In this document: one piece after another, positions 30,151-44,691 of the stretch
How the letters are laid out: the number at the start of each line of letters is the position of its first letter
Position numbering within the stretch: the stretch's first letter is position 1
Source of the DNA: Eledone cirrhosa
Taxonomy: Eukaryota
Reading direction: 5' to 3'
Assembly: GCA_964016885.1 (NCBI GenBank)
Contig: OZ024752.1
Location: forward strand, 23,622,001-23,686,000
DNA: 64,000 bases
Translations under genes and position numbers: made by a program
Notes under the pieces: generated by a model
Databases searched by the model: none
The model's input: only the letters and a program-made list of their open reading frames with translations
Told to the model about the DNA's origin: nothing

Positions 30151-30924
30151 AGATCGCAATAAAATATAGCTGCATCCATGTACTACTACGGAATGATTTA
30201 ATAGACAACATCTCTTCCCCACAAATGTTTCTCATTATTCTAATATTAGATGTCATTACAATATCAATATCATATTTACATCTTCCCTTGTCTAGGTGAA
30301 ATAAAGTCTCAGTAAAGAACAAGGGCTTAATGTCCGCCGGGGCTGTGGAGAGGCCATCACCTGGGCTCCCATTTGAGAGATGGGGAGAGCGAGAGAGACG
30401 GTGGCAGTGACAATGGGAATTTGATTCTTTTATGTTCAGTCCTTGTTAGGGATTTTTTACTTCAGTACTTTCGTATATAAAAAAAAGAACTTAGAATATA
30501 TCATACTAATGTTAGAAATCAAATTCACAATAATGTTTATTGTGATTATCAACATTGTTTCCATTATAATTATTCTTAGAGCTGTTATTGTTGTTGTTAT
30601 CAATTTACATTACCTGATACACAAGTAGCTATGTACATAAATTATGTAACTTTATAATATAATTACAATAATGATAGCTATTTTTTCTTCATACAAATAT
30701 GCAATATTTCTTTCAATCATTACTTTAAGAGTTCAGAGAATTACATCATAGCTCTCATTGCGTTGGAATTCCAATACGCAGCAACGTTTTTCTTTTGGTG
30801 GTATTTTCGAGCCATTAAAAATTATAATTTTAATAATTATTTCGTTCAAAATAAGTTCTATATTTCCCATATAGAATTTTTATACATATTTATCTATTTT
30901 AATCTTTCCTTTGGATTTATGTTT

Positions 30925-30925
30925 G

Positions 30926-31017
<92 letters not shown>

Positions 31018-33130
31018 AATGTGTGTATATATGTGTATATATATGTATGTATATATGTATATATATATATCTACATATATGTATATATATGTGTATGTAC
31101 ATATATGTATATATATGTACATATATGTACATATATGTATATATATGTATATATATGTACATATATGTATATATATATATATGTATATACATATATGTAT
31201 GTATATATATGTATATATATATGTATATATATGTATATATATATGTATATATATGTATATATATATGTATATATATATGTATATAATATATATATGTATG
31301 CATATATATATATATTTGTGTGTGTGATATATATATATATATATGTATGCATATATATATATATTTGTGTGTGTGTTATATACATATATATATATATACA
31401 CGGACTTAATATTGGAAATTGTGAAATAGGTAACCTTTTTCGTCTTTCGTATCTGTTAAAATACCGTTTCCAAAAGGGAATTGCTTGCTCGTGCTGGAAT
31501 TCAGTAACTTCGCATTCTTCATTGTTACATTTAAGTAAAAAGAAGAAAAGCACTTTTAAAAATAAACATCTCAAGCCAAGAAAAATATTTCAAAGATTGT
31601 TCTCGGTGAAAAAATTAAAAAAAAGCAAAAGATTATATATTTTTATATTGTGTAACAAACTTTGAAAAGTGCATCAAATTCTGGACAAAATTGGTTTTAT
31701 GGCCAATTAGATTCATCTTAATTTCTTTTATTTTCTACAACCATAGTTTTTATTCTTTGGTTTTATTGTTTTTAGAGGGACTACTGTGTTTTATTTCATT
31801 CTTTTTTTTTAATTCTGGCATCCTCATATTTTGGAATAACGATGACAAAATTTACATCAAATTGAAGCTATTGAAGCTTTTTAAGCTATGCCAACTCAGT
31901 AGGATGCCAGATATTACGATATACATATATACATACATATCTATATATAAAAATATATGTATGTGCGTATGTTTGTGCTTTGGTGTGTGTCTGTATGTAT
32001 ATATGTGTGTGTATATATGTGTGTGTATTTATGTATGTCTGCAAGCACGTATGTATGCATGTATATATGTAATGCATGTATGTACCTATATATGTATGTA
32101 CGCATGTGTGCATGTATATATGCATATATGTATGCATGTACGCATGTGTGCATGTATGAATGAAAGCATATATGTATGTACATATACATAAAGGTATGTC
32201 TGTACGCATGTATGCATATATGAACACATGTATGTATGTACGCACGCATGTATATATGTATGTATGTACGCGTGTGTGCATGTATGAATGCATACGTGTG
32301 TATGTACGTATGTATGTACGCATGTGTGCATGTATGTACGTACGTATGTATGTGTGTATGTATGTATGTGTATATATATGCATGTATATATGTCCGCATG
32401 TATGTGTGTATGTATGTATGTATGTATGTATGTATGTATGTATATATGTATATATATATATACATATATGTATATATTTGTACGTACGTATATATGTATA
32501 GAGTGTCTCTCTAAAAATTTTGAAAAGAAAGAAAAAGTGTCCAATGTGAACGTGTTTAACCTTAAAACTTTTGGCGCATTAGAGAGTCGACGAAATCGCA
32601 AGTGTGAACGCGTTTAAGTATTTATTAACCATTTCTGTAAAACTGTCAAAAGAGCCGACACATCGACGCAAGACTTTTAAAGTAAATAAACTGATTTCAT
32701 TTTTTGTTTGTTTGTTTATTGTTTGTTGTTAATTAAGATACCAGATTCGATTCTCATCAATAAATTGATTTATTTGTTTTCGAGATGTATTTATTTTATT
32801 AAATGTATTATTTTATTGAATTTATTTTTCTGATTGTTATTAAACCACAATTCCTTAATTGTTTACCCCACCCCACCCACACACACGTACACATACATAC
32901 AAAGGCACACATACATGCACACACTTGCATACATGCATGGATACATACAAACATAATACATACATACACACATGTATACATACATACATACATACATACA
33001 TACATACATACATACATACATACATACATACATACATACATACATACATACATACATACATACATACAAGCATGCATATATACATACAAGCATGAATACA
33101 TACATACAAACAGACAGACAGACAGACATA
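30925..33130. repeat. (TG)n, (TA)n, (TATG)n and (TACA)n microsatellite blocks, interrupted by unique or old repeat DNA
   Basis: Directly visible. Confidence 0.85.
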
Positions 33131-33249
33131 CGTGTACAACCCATTAATGGAACAGTAACAATATATAAAACATTCCATTTTTTTTTCCATTTCTGTCACT
33201 ACTCACTCTCCTCTGCCTTTCTATTTCTTCTTTAATTTCTCATTCTATG

Positions 33250-33282
33250 CTCTGATGAAGGAAAAGCATCCGAAACGTTAAG
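33250..33282 (+). ncRNA. Minimal hammerhead core, stem I decayed
   Basis: CTGATGA-A-GGA(AAAGCA)TCC-GAAA-CG-TT. Confidence 0.55.
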
Positions 33283-33804
33283 ATTCTTTTCCTATAATAT
33301 CAAGCGTAAAACTAATATATTTCTTCATTGTACTGTGCCGTTTGCTTTGTTATTTCTGTTTGCCTATTTGCCCAGCATGCACACTATTTCTTACTTTCAT
33401 GTCTCGTTTTGTCTAGAGGCTCCGGGCCGAGGGGATAAACATCACCCACATGGAATGGAGTATTCTAGAGAGGGAACACCCTTACCCCTACGGCGGTTTC
33501 TGCTGCAATATGTATACTCTTGATAAGAGGATACACATATAGCAGCAACCTCTGATATCCATCAACAGGGAAACAGACTTAAGATTTTGGTGTTACCAGA
33601 GAAATATCTTGTTAGATCAATTCAAATATCTGGTCCCAGAAATACCACCATAGTTACGCCTAGTCATGTGTATGTATACATAAATTGTCAGTATATACAC
33701 CAGTTAAACGTCTCTGCTTAACCTCACGCCAACTTCATCTTCATACAGTATATTTAGTACTTTATACTTACAATATAGTAATTAAGTTTCATAACAGCAC
33801 GTGT

Positions 33805-33855
<51 letters not shown>

Positions 33856-33936
33856 CGAAGGAAATGTGGTAAGGAACCAGGTGGACCATAACGCACCAAA
33901 GTACTCAATACTTGAGGTAGTAGAGTGGGTAATAGC

Positions 33937-34040
33937 AACCAGTAAGACCCCGACAGCTGAGCTCAAGCCGTTTCGACGGCTAATTCTGCAGAATTAGCCG
34001 TCGAAACGGCTTGAGCTCAGCTGTCGGGGTCTTACTGGTT
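33937..34040. repeat. Perfect 104-bp spacer-less palindrome
   Basis: Centre CTG|CAG at 33988/33989; derived from the 1603-1745 repeat family. Confidence 0.93.
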
Positions 34041-34190
34041 CCTATATATATATATATATATATAGTTAAAGTCCTGTAGAAGCCATTTCTTTATCAAATT
34101 TGTTGTATACACTTTACTAATGTATTGAGTATCTTACTTACTCTGGTTAGCCCTGATTGAACACGGGACTGACACACACACACACACACG

Positions 34191-34268
<78 letters not shown>

Positions 34269-34278
34269 AATATAAATG

Positions 34279-35150
34279 ATCGAGAATCGTATTTCGGCCT
34301 ATGAAATAACGGAAAACAACCTCCGAGATCTATGGCAAGTGCTCAATGGTTCAGAAGAACCAGAGCTACAACATACGTTAAAGTCCAAACACACTGAGAC
34401 GATGGTTAAACAATCATCCGCACAGCCAAAAAAAACGATCAAGTAATTCGGGTCAAACAAATAAAAATATATGTGATTGAAAATTTACCCGGACCCCTGT
34501 AAGGTTGGTAAAATCCAGCATTTGGGTTTCTGCCACTCCTAAATCAAGTACTGTCCGCTTACATAAAAAAGTTAGGCTTCTGGTAAGATGATTGAACAAG
34601 GAAGCCACTTTTCAACAGGTTTTTGTTCAATGCTAACACAAGGAATGACTATTACTGACCCCACGTGGGGATCGGCAAGGGAGGCAACCCCTATATTAAG
34701 CTAATGAATTCAGTTGTGTATATTATTGCAAGAAAGCTAAAAATCACAAATCGAATAGAATTCTCAACAGAAGGGTTAAAATTAACATAAGCTATTCATC
34801 AGTCAATAGAATCAACTAACAAATCAAGAAAATTAACTGGTCAATAGCTAGATTCTGGAGATTAATACAAATATAAATTATCGAGAATCGTATTTCGGCC
34901 TATGAAATAACGAAAAACAACCTCCGAGATGTGTGGAAAGTGCTCAGTGGTTCAGAAGAACCAGAGCTACAACATACGTTAAAGGCCAAACACACTGAGA
35001 CGATGGTTAAACAATCATCCGCACAACCAAAAAAACGATCAAGTAATTCGGGTCAAACAAATAAAAATATATGTGATTGAAAATTTACCCGGACCCCTGG
35101 AAGGATGGTAAAATCCAGCATATGGGTTTCTGCGACTCCTAAATCAAGTA
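34279..35150 (+). mobile_element. ORF-less element: about 600-bp unit plus partial tandem repeat (about 270 bp)
   Basis: 34279-34550 repeats at 34880-35150; a second copy lies in the opposite orientation at 47679-48455. Confidence 0.8.
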
Positions 35151-35230
35151 TTTAGTTGACGGCTGAGAGAAAAGAATAATCATTACCGAAGGAAGTAGAG
35201 TTTTAATATCAATTTTATTAATAAAATGTA

Positions 35231-35316
<86 letters not shown>

Positions 35317-35519
35317 TTTCCTTTTGGTATTCATCGCTGCTGCTGTTATATACTATAGCTGCATACACCTGCTCTATGGTGTTTCCCTCGTATAGCTTAA
35401 TGTGTTAATTTTGATGGAGGAATTAATTCATTTCTCGCATCATTGCGAGCTTAGGGGCTACCTCAGATAATTCAACTGGTGTTGCCCTATGACAGCTTCA
35501 GTTTCCATGTGATACTTGG

Positions 35520-35594
<75 letters not shown>

Positions 35595-35599
<5 letters not shown>

Positions 35600-38120
35600 A
35601 TACTTGGGGAGGGTCATATTGTTGTAATAATATTGCCAGAAATAATAACAGAACACAAACTCACTGTTTGGTTGGTTTACGCTTCTGTATCTTTTATATC
35701 TCCATAGTTAATTTATTTGGCAATCAACGTTTATCATTGATTGACCAACGGTTAAAAATACAGATATAAATATATATATATAGTCTAACAAAGTTCTTTC
35801 GTTGCACATCTGCAGCATCATCAGTGGTACTATTATTATGTTCCCTCCTATTGTATTGTATTGTAATATCTACGCCATTTTTATTTTATTTATTTACTTC
35901 TACTTGTCTCCGTCTCTGCGCATGCGTTGGCGTGTGTGTGTTCGCGTTTGAGTGTATGTGTTTTGGTTTTTGTATTCTATCTTTGTTTACTAGTGTGTGT
36001 TTATATGTGTTTGTTGTTGTTGTACTTGTGTATATATTTATTTATTTATTTATATTTCCCTTAAGTCAGTATTGTTTGTTTGGGTAAGGTTGTTGTTGTT
36101 TTTGTTTTTTCTGTTTAACTTTGGTTTTCTAAGCTCTATTTCGCTTGCCTCTCTGATTTGCCTACCTGTTGAGTCATTTCTATGTTTAGATATTATTTTA
36201 ATTTCTATGTTGTCTATGTTACCGTCATGTTGTTGTCTGGCGTGTTCGTATAGTACTGAACCGTTTTTTTTTTGTCCTTTTAATTCGCCCCAGTGTTGGT
36301 CTATTCTTTCACCTATGCTTCGAGCTGTCTCACCTATGTATGTCGTTTCTGCAAGTACCCTCTGTACATCTGATGCTATAAACTACATTTCTAGTTTCAT
36401 GGTTTATCTGGGGGTTTACTTTACGTATAACACATTTCTTATTAGTACAGTGGGTTTTCTTAAAGGGGTATGTTTTGCTGATCAGGGATTTTATGGTAGT
36501 TGCTGGCTTTTCTACCACTTTAATCTTTAAGTGGGTCTTTCTTAGCGCCTTTCTACATTGGTTAGCTAATTTCCCTCCAGGGGTAGCATCCACGAACACG
36601 ACACTCTGGTATCTCTGGTTGTCGTACCATTAGGTGGCTTTCCCTATCTTATGTTTAGTCCTATCTAAGCTATTCCATGATTTGCTCCTGTATAATGGGC
36701 ATATTCCTTTCATGTCCAGTTCTATGAGGGTACTTTGTATACTCTGATTCTGTCTCTTTGGTTGTAGCCAGAGAACTGCATGCGGTTGATGAAGTGTTGG
36801 ATGTGTCTTTCCATTTCAGTTGGATCGTACATGCGGGACACATTCTTCATCACTTGTACCAAGTCTGCGATCAGAATATCAAAATTAGCACTACTGGACA
36901 TTGCTGAGTTTTTGAGTATCAGGTATTTGGAAGCCATGGGTTTAGTATAGTGTGGGTGGAGAATTTGGTTCCTCTCGTCTATAGTGTTAATCCAGATTTC
37001 AGTGTCTAATACTGGTAGTCTATTGTTATGGTGTTTGGAAGGGTAGTTAACAGTAACAGTTATACTCTGGTGTATGGAGTTAGCTATCTGCTGGATGCTT
37101 TCCAGTGTGCTATCTTCTAAATCATGTTCATTAGTACTCTCTTGTGGTGGTGGTCTTTTTACTATATTAATATCGTCTACGTAACGAGAGTATATGATGA
37201 GGTCTATGGAGCTCTCTTCACGGAGTACTTTGTGTCTCCTTTCCCATCATACCATAAATAAATTGGCAACATCACCAGCTATGCTGACGCCAATGGCTGC
37301 TCCCTCATTCTAGGTGTAGATCCTTTCGTTAAATTTAAACATATGGCCCTTTAGGGTTGTTTTAACACTAGCCCCTATTGCATGTGCGACCATTTTTCTC
37401 ACCTGATCGTTGTTTTGGGTGTCCGTATGGCTTTAGTCCATCCATTCCATCTTCCCATGGGAGTCTTTTTAGCCATTGAGGTTATAGTGGGAGGTCTACT
37501 TCTTATGGGCCTACTGGGCAGAAACAGCTAAGGTCATGGGCATCTAGGTATTCGGTGTCATAAGTAAGTCTAAGTAGGAGGCCCAGTTCATCTGTGCCGA
37601 CGTCGCAGAACTCCACTTCGTTCTCACTTAACATAGAAATGACTCAACAAGTAGGCAAATCTGAGAAGCAAGCGAAATAGAGCTTAGAAAACCAAAGTTA
37701 AACAGAAAAAACAAATAGAATAACAACAACGACCATACCCAAACAAACAATACGGGAATATAAATAAATAAATAAATAAATAGATAAATATATACACAAG
37801 TACAGTAACAACAAACACATATAAACACACACTAGTAAACAAAGATAGAATACAAAATCAAAAACACATACACTCAAACGCGAACACACATACCAGACAT
37901 TAAACACACACGCAAACGCATGCGCAGAGACGGAGACAAGAAGAAATAAAGAAATAAAATAAAAATGGCGTAGACATTACAATACAATACAATAGGAGGG
38001 AACATAATAATAGAACCACTGATGATGTTGCAGATGTGCAACGAAAGAATTTTGATTGACTATATATATATATATATATTTATAACTGTATTTTTAACCG
38101 TTGGTCAATCAATGATAAAA
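35595..38120 (-). mobile_element. Penelope-like element family A, 5'-truncated, with inverted copy of its 3' end (37629-38120)
   Basis: Decayed RT (SRYVDD, LPVLD, KPMASKY), linker MFVDATPGG, GIY-YIG (NVVYSIRC...YIGETARSIGERIDQH...RQIREASEI). 37629-38120 is the reverse complement of about 35730-36190. Confidence 0.9.
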
Positions 38121-38567
38121 GTTTATCCCGGGTTCAATCGGGGGTAACCACAGTAAGTAAAGTACTCAATACAAAGCAGAGTATAAATATTTAATATAGA
38201 AAAGCTTCTACAGGACTAGAACTGTTTCATTCGGGAGACATCATCAGGAAGCTGACTGTCCGAGTAGAATGGTGGTATTTATATTTTTTCTGGTGGTAGG
38301 AGAGGTGGGGATTTGGATGGGTGGAGGTCATTGGTTCATGAGTTTAAAGAAAAGGGAATTCATTAACAACTATATTTAAAATAACAAAGGCAGAAATAAT
38401 TCTATAGACAGGTTCACTCTAGGGGTGCCAGTCCTGATTTTTAAGGTTCACTTAAGCTAACAATGAGATTGGTCAGTTGTCTACAAGCACATTAACACAC
38501 ACACACACATATATATATATAAAGCCCTTACTCCCACACACTCGCAAAAACACACATTCTTATACCC

Positions 38568-38651
<84 letters not shown>

Positions 38652-38670
38652 GTATAAGAATGTGTGTTTT
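38121..38670 (-). mobile_element. PLE-type pLTR with hammerhead at 38203-38253 (second copy 53512-53890, plus strand)
   Basis: AGCTTC-CTGATGA-TGTCTCCCGAAT-GAA-ACAG(TTCTAGTC)CTGT-A-GAAGCT. The copy at 53836-53886 has a mutated core. Short inverted end piece at 38647-38670. Confidence 0.75.
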
Positions 38671-38706
<36 letters not shown>

Positions 38707-38735
38707 TACATACACATATACACACATACATATAC

Positions 38736-38766
<31 letters not shown>

Positions 38767-39153
38767 CACACATACACATATATACACGCACACACGCACG
38801 CACACACACACACACACATATATATATACACATATACATATACATACATATACACACATATACACACATATACACACATACATATACATACACTTACATA
38901 TACACACATACATATATCCACACTTATATACACAGAAATATATACATATATACATACGTAAATACACACGCGTATATACCCATATATACATAATTATACA
39001 TATATATACACATACATACATATATATATACATATATATACATATACACATACACACACATATATACATATATACACATACACATACACATACATATGCA
39101 CACACATATATACACACATACATATACACATACATACATATATATATATATAT

Positions 39154-39201
<48 letters not shown>

Positions 39202-39243
39202 ATGATATTAATAAATGGAAACTTTATTTATAAAACCATATTT

Positions 39244-39302
39244 ATTTTATTATATATATTTCAAGGGTACCAAAATTTTGGTACGTACTCATCAGATAAA
39301 AT
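39244..39302 (-). ncRNA. Minimal hammerhead in the PLE 3' pLTR
   Basis: ATTTTAT-CTGATGA-GTAC-GTACCAAAATTTTGGTAC-CCTT-GAAA-TATATA-TA-ATAAAAT; 7-bp stem I. Confidence 0.82.
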
Positions 39303-40679
39303 ACAAAATCTGTTTTATAAATGTTGACATACCCAAGAAACCAGATCTTATCGGTTCAGTTTGGAAAGTGAAAGAAAAATTTCAAATCCTTAGGATGAAT
39401 ATGTAAATGAGGTTGAAAAAAGATCGTTATATTTAGACGCTAGGTAAATTTAAATAATTATTAGGATAATTTATAAAGGGAAGAAGAAAAAAAAGGGAAG
39501 AAGAAAAAAAAGAGTCTAATATTAATATTAGGGTGTAAGAAAATTTAAGGAATTATTATAAGAAAAAAATTATAGTTGGAAATACACTATTATTATTAAG
39601 ATAAAATTGTATGGATCATAACAGTGATGGTGGAAAGAGAATGATATAATTATATTTAATTATATAATCATATATTTGGGAAGTATCTATAAAATAATAT
39701 GAGAGTTAAGAATGTCTTAAAGTGGTAGAATACCAATTTAAAAAAAAAAATTGAGATATGCAACAAATTATTGGATCTATTCAAATCATGAGTTATAATA
39801 TTATATAGATAATATTATATAGATAATATTTATAAGTATATTTTAAGGATGTAAGTATATTTTAGTTTATTATATGACAACGTGTTATTTATATAAGTGT
39901 TTATATAAATGGGTTTTGGTGAGTATCTATGTTGTTATTTTCACTAGATAGATAAATTAATGTTAAGGGTTACGAACAAGCGTGTTACATTATAAAGGAA
40001 AAGATAACTCCAATGTTTCTTAGTTAAAATAATTATGTTACATATGTCATTTAATTCTAGAATTTACTTTTAAAGAAATATACAATTAAGATATAAGTAG
40101 AAAAATTTGATATACTATTTTGTATATGATTATAAGGTATCTTACATTAGTTGTTTTCAAAGATGAGAATTATTTTATATATGAGTACAGCCACCAGAAA
40201 TAACATCTGTCCTTACCAGTGAAATAAACAACTCTATCTATCTGCTTATCTAGCTACCTATTTGTCATTTTCTAGTGAAACAAACAACTCTATCTGCCTA
40301 CCTAGCTACCTCACCCCAGTGAAACAAACAACCCTTAGGCCACCAAAATAAAAGGCCTACACACCGGCTAGACATCAAACGATTATTTTTGTATAAATAG
40401 AGTGGTTCCAAACGCTTTCGCCAGTCGACCTTTGGCAGAGTCAGCTAGCGTATCATTGTTTCTCTCCTCTGCCACACATGTCACTCACACACACCTTGTA
40501 CCTTGTCGCTTCATGTATGAAAATAAATCGCTGAACGAAACTACATCTCTTGCCTGCTCGTCCTTTCAACTTCTTCTTTCGTCTGTTCATCATTAACGTA
40601 TGCGATAACAGACTTTTAAGGGCTATTCTCAGATCCGATCAGAAGTAGTGACCAGACCCACTAACCACGTCACTACAAT

Positions 40680-40706
40680 TGGTGACCCCGACGTGATTCG
40701 AACACG
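40680..40706 (+). promoter_or_regulatory. Primer-binding site complementary to tRNA-Trp 3' end
   Basis: TGGTGACCCCGACGTGATTCGAACACG, 2 nt after the LTR-terminal CA. Confidence 0.9.
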
Positions 40707-40736
40707 AACCAGACAGCAGCCTAACAAGAAACCAAC

Positions 40737-41603
40737 ATGAACATGTCACCACCAACGACAGAGGCCGAGATACCAACCACGCAAGCGGCTTTAACGTTGA
40801 AGGTCCCTGTTGTTTGGTCCAACGACCCAACCCTGTGGTTCGCTCACATAGAAGCACAATTTGCCACTATTAGAATTAAGAGCGATTCTGAAAAGCTCAC
40901 CCACATCATTGGGTCTGTCCCGCCAGAAGTTTTGGCTGAGGTGAGGGACCTCGTCATGGTACCGCCGGGCACATATGAATCATTCCGCAAGGAATTGATC
41001 AAACGAACGACCGCATCACAGCAGAGACGACTAAACCAACTCGTGTCTGCAGAAGAATTGGGGGACAGAAAACCGTCCCAACTACTGCTAAAGATGAGAC
41101 AGCTGATGGAAGACCAACCGCTTTCATAAGATGTGCTGAAACGGCTGTTTATAGAGCGCTTGCCCATCTCAATGCAGGGCATTCTGGCGTCGACCAACGA
41201 GTCAGAAACCCCGGAAGAACTGGCGAGTGTCGCGGATAAGATCGCTGAGGTGTCAAACCCTTTTGCTTCAGAGGCACAAGTTGATCAGCAGACGAACCCT
41301 TACGTAGCGTCCTCAGACTCCACCTCCGAGATTTCAGAGCTGCAGGCTATGATCAGAGAGCAGGCTGGTCAAATTAAAGCCCTCTCAAATCAATTAGAAA
41401 ACCTGACCTTTCGAACACACCGGCGGCGCATCAACTGTCGATCCAGGCCCTTTCACCGTCGAAGATCCAGAAGTCCCAGTCAAAATCGTGTGTCTGGTAA
41501 CCTTTTCTGGTATCACGCAGAATTCGGCGCACAGGCACCTAAGTGCAAGACCCCGTTCTCTTTCCAGAATACCACCCAGGGAAACGGGCAGACCAGGGTC
41601 TAG
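40737..41603 (+). pseudogene. gag: Gypsy gag with premature stop at 41127-41129
   Basis: DPTLWFAHIEAQF, LGDRKPSQLL, decayed CHCC knuckle (FWYHAEFG..APKCKTP). Confidence 0.88.
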
Positions 41604-44600
41604 CGACGACGTTCACCGCTGGGACTGAGAAGAAAAGTGGTCTGTTTTTTTTATCAACGACCAAGCGACAGGCATCCGTTACCTCGTGGATACAGGAGCC
41701 CAGGTTAGTGTTATTCCTGTTTCACTAGTCTCGGGCAAAAGACATCCAACACCGTCCTTTCTGCAGGCAATGAACCGATCGTCAATTCCGACTTTCGAAG
41801 AGAAATCACTGACCCTCAATTTAGGCCTGAGGCATCGTTTTCAATGGGTGTTCGTCGTGGCAGACCTGCCGACCCCTATCTTAGGAGCCGATTTTCTCCA
41901 CCACTTCAACCTTCTGGTGGACATGGAGAACCGGAGGCTTATTGACACCACCACAAACCTCACTGCGAGAGGTATATTTACCACGCAATCCATAGTGAAC
42001 CCTGTAATTTGCCAGTCAGAGACTTCGCGTTACAACTGCATTCTCCAGAAATACCCAGACATCACTCGCCCGGTATTTAAGGATGGACCTATTAAACATA
42101 GTGTCACACATCATATCGAGATACGAGGACCACCCAAAGCTGCCCGACCAAGGAGACTGCCTCCAGACCGATTGAGAATCGCCAAACAGGTGTTTCAACA
42201 CATGCTGGACCTTGGAATCATTCGCCCTTCCTCCAGCAACTGGTCTGCACCCCTACAACTTGTTCCTAAAATAACATAGAATGATTGGCGACCATATGGG
42301 GAATATCGTGCACTCAACAATTCTACACTACCCGATAATTACCCTGTACCTCACTTGCATGACTGTTCTACCTCTCTGCAAGGCGCACGCATCTTTTCCA
42401 AGATAGATTTGGTACGAGCATATAACCAGATACCTGTGGAGCCTGCTGATATTCCGAAGACCGCAATCACGATACTGTTCGGTTTATTTGAATTCCTGAG
42501 AATGCCGTTCGATCTGCGCAACGCTGCACAAACTTTTCAGCGGTTTATTGACACCGTGTTATGTGATCTACCCTTTGTATTCGCGTATATCGACGACGTG
42601 CTAGTAGCAAGTACTTCCGAGCAAGAACACGAGAAGCACTTAGATCTTCTTTTCCAACGTTTGGCTGAGTACGGTATTATCATCAACCCCAGCAAGTGCC
42701 TTCTTGGCGTTCCTTCGCTGTCCTTTCTCGGGCAAATCATTGATAAAGACGGCATTCGTCCACTTCCTGAGAAAGTAGAAGCTATCCGCAATTTTCTCGC
42801 ACCTACATCACTTCGGAAACTGCGTGAAAACCTCGATTTGGTGAATTTCTATAGGCGTTTCATCCCTCATTGTACTGACGCAGCCAGACTCCTCACGGAC
42901 CTTCTTCGCAATCGGACTCAGAAAAACGAAGACATCATTCTGAATGAGGAAGAACTAACATCTTTCAACTGCCTGAAGGAAATGTTGGCAAACGCTTCCA
43001 TGCTCGTTTTCCCCAGATTTGGCGCTCCTCTTTCGCTGGATACGCATCAGATACGGGGATTGGAGGCGTTTTACAACAATATGTCGACGGCGTTTGGCAA
43101 CCCTTATCCTTCTTTTCTAAGCGGTTGCAACCTGCAGAAACCAAATACAGTACTTTTGGCCGCGAACTCTTGGCAACCAACCTTTCAGATAAAACATTTT
43201 CGTCACATGCTCGAAGGTTCGGATTTCGTGATCTACACGGACCATAAACCACTAGTTTATGCGTTCCGTACCAAACCTGATCGACATTCACCAATAGAAT
43301 TCCGACACCTGGATTTTGTCTCTCAATATTCAACTGATATTCGGCATATCAAAGGATTAGACAACGTAGCAGCCGACGCCCTGTCCCGAATCCAGCTGAA
43401 CGCAATACATGTACATTCAGGCATCGACCTTCAGCAGATCGCAGCTGACTAAAAGACTGACGAAGAGTTTATCAAGCTCCGAGATTCGCCATCCCTCAAG
43501 TTTCAGCAAGTTCCCATTCCTTCTTCTCCGGGACAAATTTGGTGCGACCTTTCTACCAGTCATGAACGACCGTACGCATCGTCGACAAATTTTTTCTGCT
43601 TTACACTCTTTGTGTCACCCGGGAATCCGGGCTACACAGAAACTCATCTCTACTCGTTTTGTGTGGAGTAACAGTAACAAGGACGTGCGCGACTGGTCCA
43701 GGAGCTGCATTGCCTGCCAGAAAGCCAAAGTCCACAGGCACATCAAAACTCTACTCGGCACATTCGCGCAATCTGATGCACGTTTTCATCATGTGCATAT
43801 CGACATCGTCGGACCTCTACCACCATCACAGAACTGCACACAGTTGCTCACCTGCATAGATCGATTTTCCCGTTGGCCTGAGGCTTTTCCCATAAGTGAT
43901 ACCTCAGCGGAAACAGTCGCTAAAACTTTGGTTGTATACTGGGTATCACGTTATGGCGCCCCAGCAAAGATAACAACGGACGGAGGACTCCAATTTGACT
44001 CCCACCTCTTCAGGGAACTGACTCGCCTGTTAGGATGTAAACACATCCGCACGGCAGCTTATCACCCGCAAGCTAATGGCCTCGTGGAAAGATTTCATCG
44101 CCAATTGAAAGCTGCCATAAAAGCGTATCCAGACAAGACCCACTGGTTTGAATACCTACCACTCATCCTTCTGGCCATTCGATCCACCGTTAAGGAGGAA
44201 TTCGGACACACAACTGCAGAATTAGTGTACGGCACCACCCTCGTTCTACCTGATCAGATGGTTGCTCCCATCTCTCCTCAGGACGTTCCAGACCCAGGAT
44301 CATATGTACACCGTCTTCGACAATATATGTCTCACCTTGCTCCTGCAAGCACCCGTCAACAGAACACGGTCATACATGTACCTTCAGACAGATTGGACAC
44401 ACGTTTTCGTTCGAAACGACACCATCTCAGCTCATCTTCGATCTCCATATTCTGGCCCTTACCGTGTTCTAAAAAAATATCCGAAATATTTTATTCTCGA
44501 TCTAGATGATAAACAGAATTCTGTCAGCGTGGACAGATTAAAAAAAGCTATCATGGATACAGTTACAGTCTCTACACCAGAAGCTCCAACAGATTGCTGT

Positions 44601-44660
44601 CCCAGCAAGCCACCTGTTTCATCTCCAGTCACGAGAAGTGGACGCCAAGTTGGCACAATA
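41600..44660 (+). pseudogene. pol: Gypsy pol (protease, RT, RNase H, integrase with GPY/F), frameshifted
   Basis: LVDTGAQVS; [13 protein letters not shown]; YIDD; TDHKPL; NVAADALSR; HPGIRAT...C..CQ; HIDIVGP; [12 protein letters not shown]; PYSGPYRV. Confidence 0.92.
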
Positions 44661-44691
44661 TGTGAATTACCGTTAACCTCAAGTGAGTTTC

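Larger units (their letters stand above)
40182..44660 (+). mobile_element. Ty3/Gypsy LTR retrotransposon, CsRn1/Kabuki-like, 3' LTR missing
   Basis: 5' LTR about 40182-40677 (ends CTACA; TATA near 40392; AATAAA near 40522; start uncertain), tRNA-Trp PBS, gag, then PR-RT-RH-IN order. Confidence 0.93.

Noticed and set aside
31400-31900. Possible DNA transposon with ends near 31400 and 32500
   Set aside because: No matching TIR pair or transposase could be established.
34645-34715. HDV-like look-alike (CCACGT...GCTAAT) in the 600-bp element
   Set aside because: No consistent P1/P3 pairing found.
40680-40706. tRNA-Trp gene; also tRNA-like SINE heads elsewhere
   Set aside because: Only a PBS or SINE A/B boxes; no full cloverleaf.
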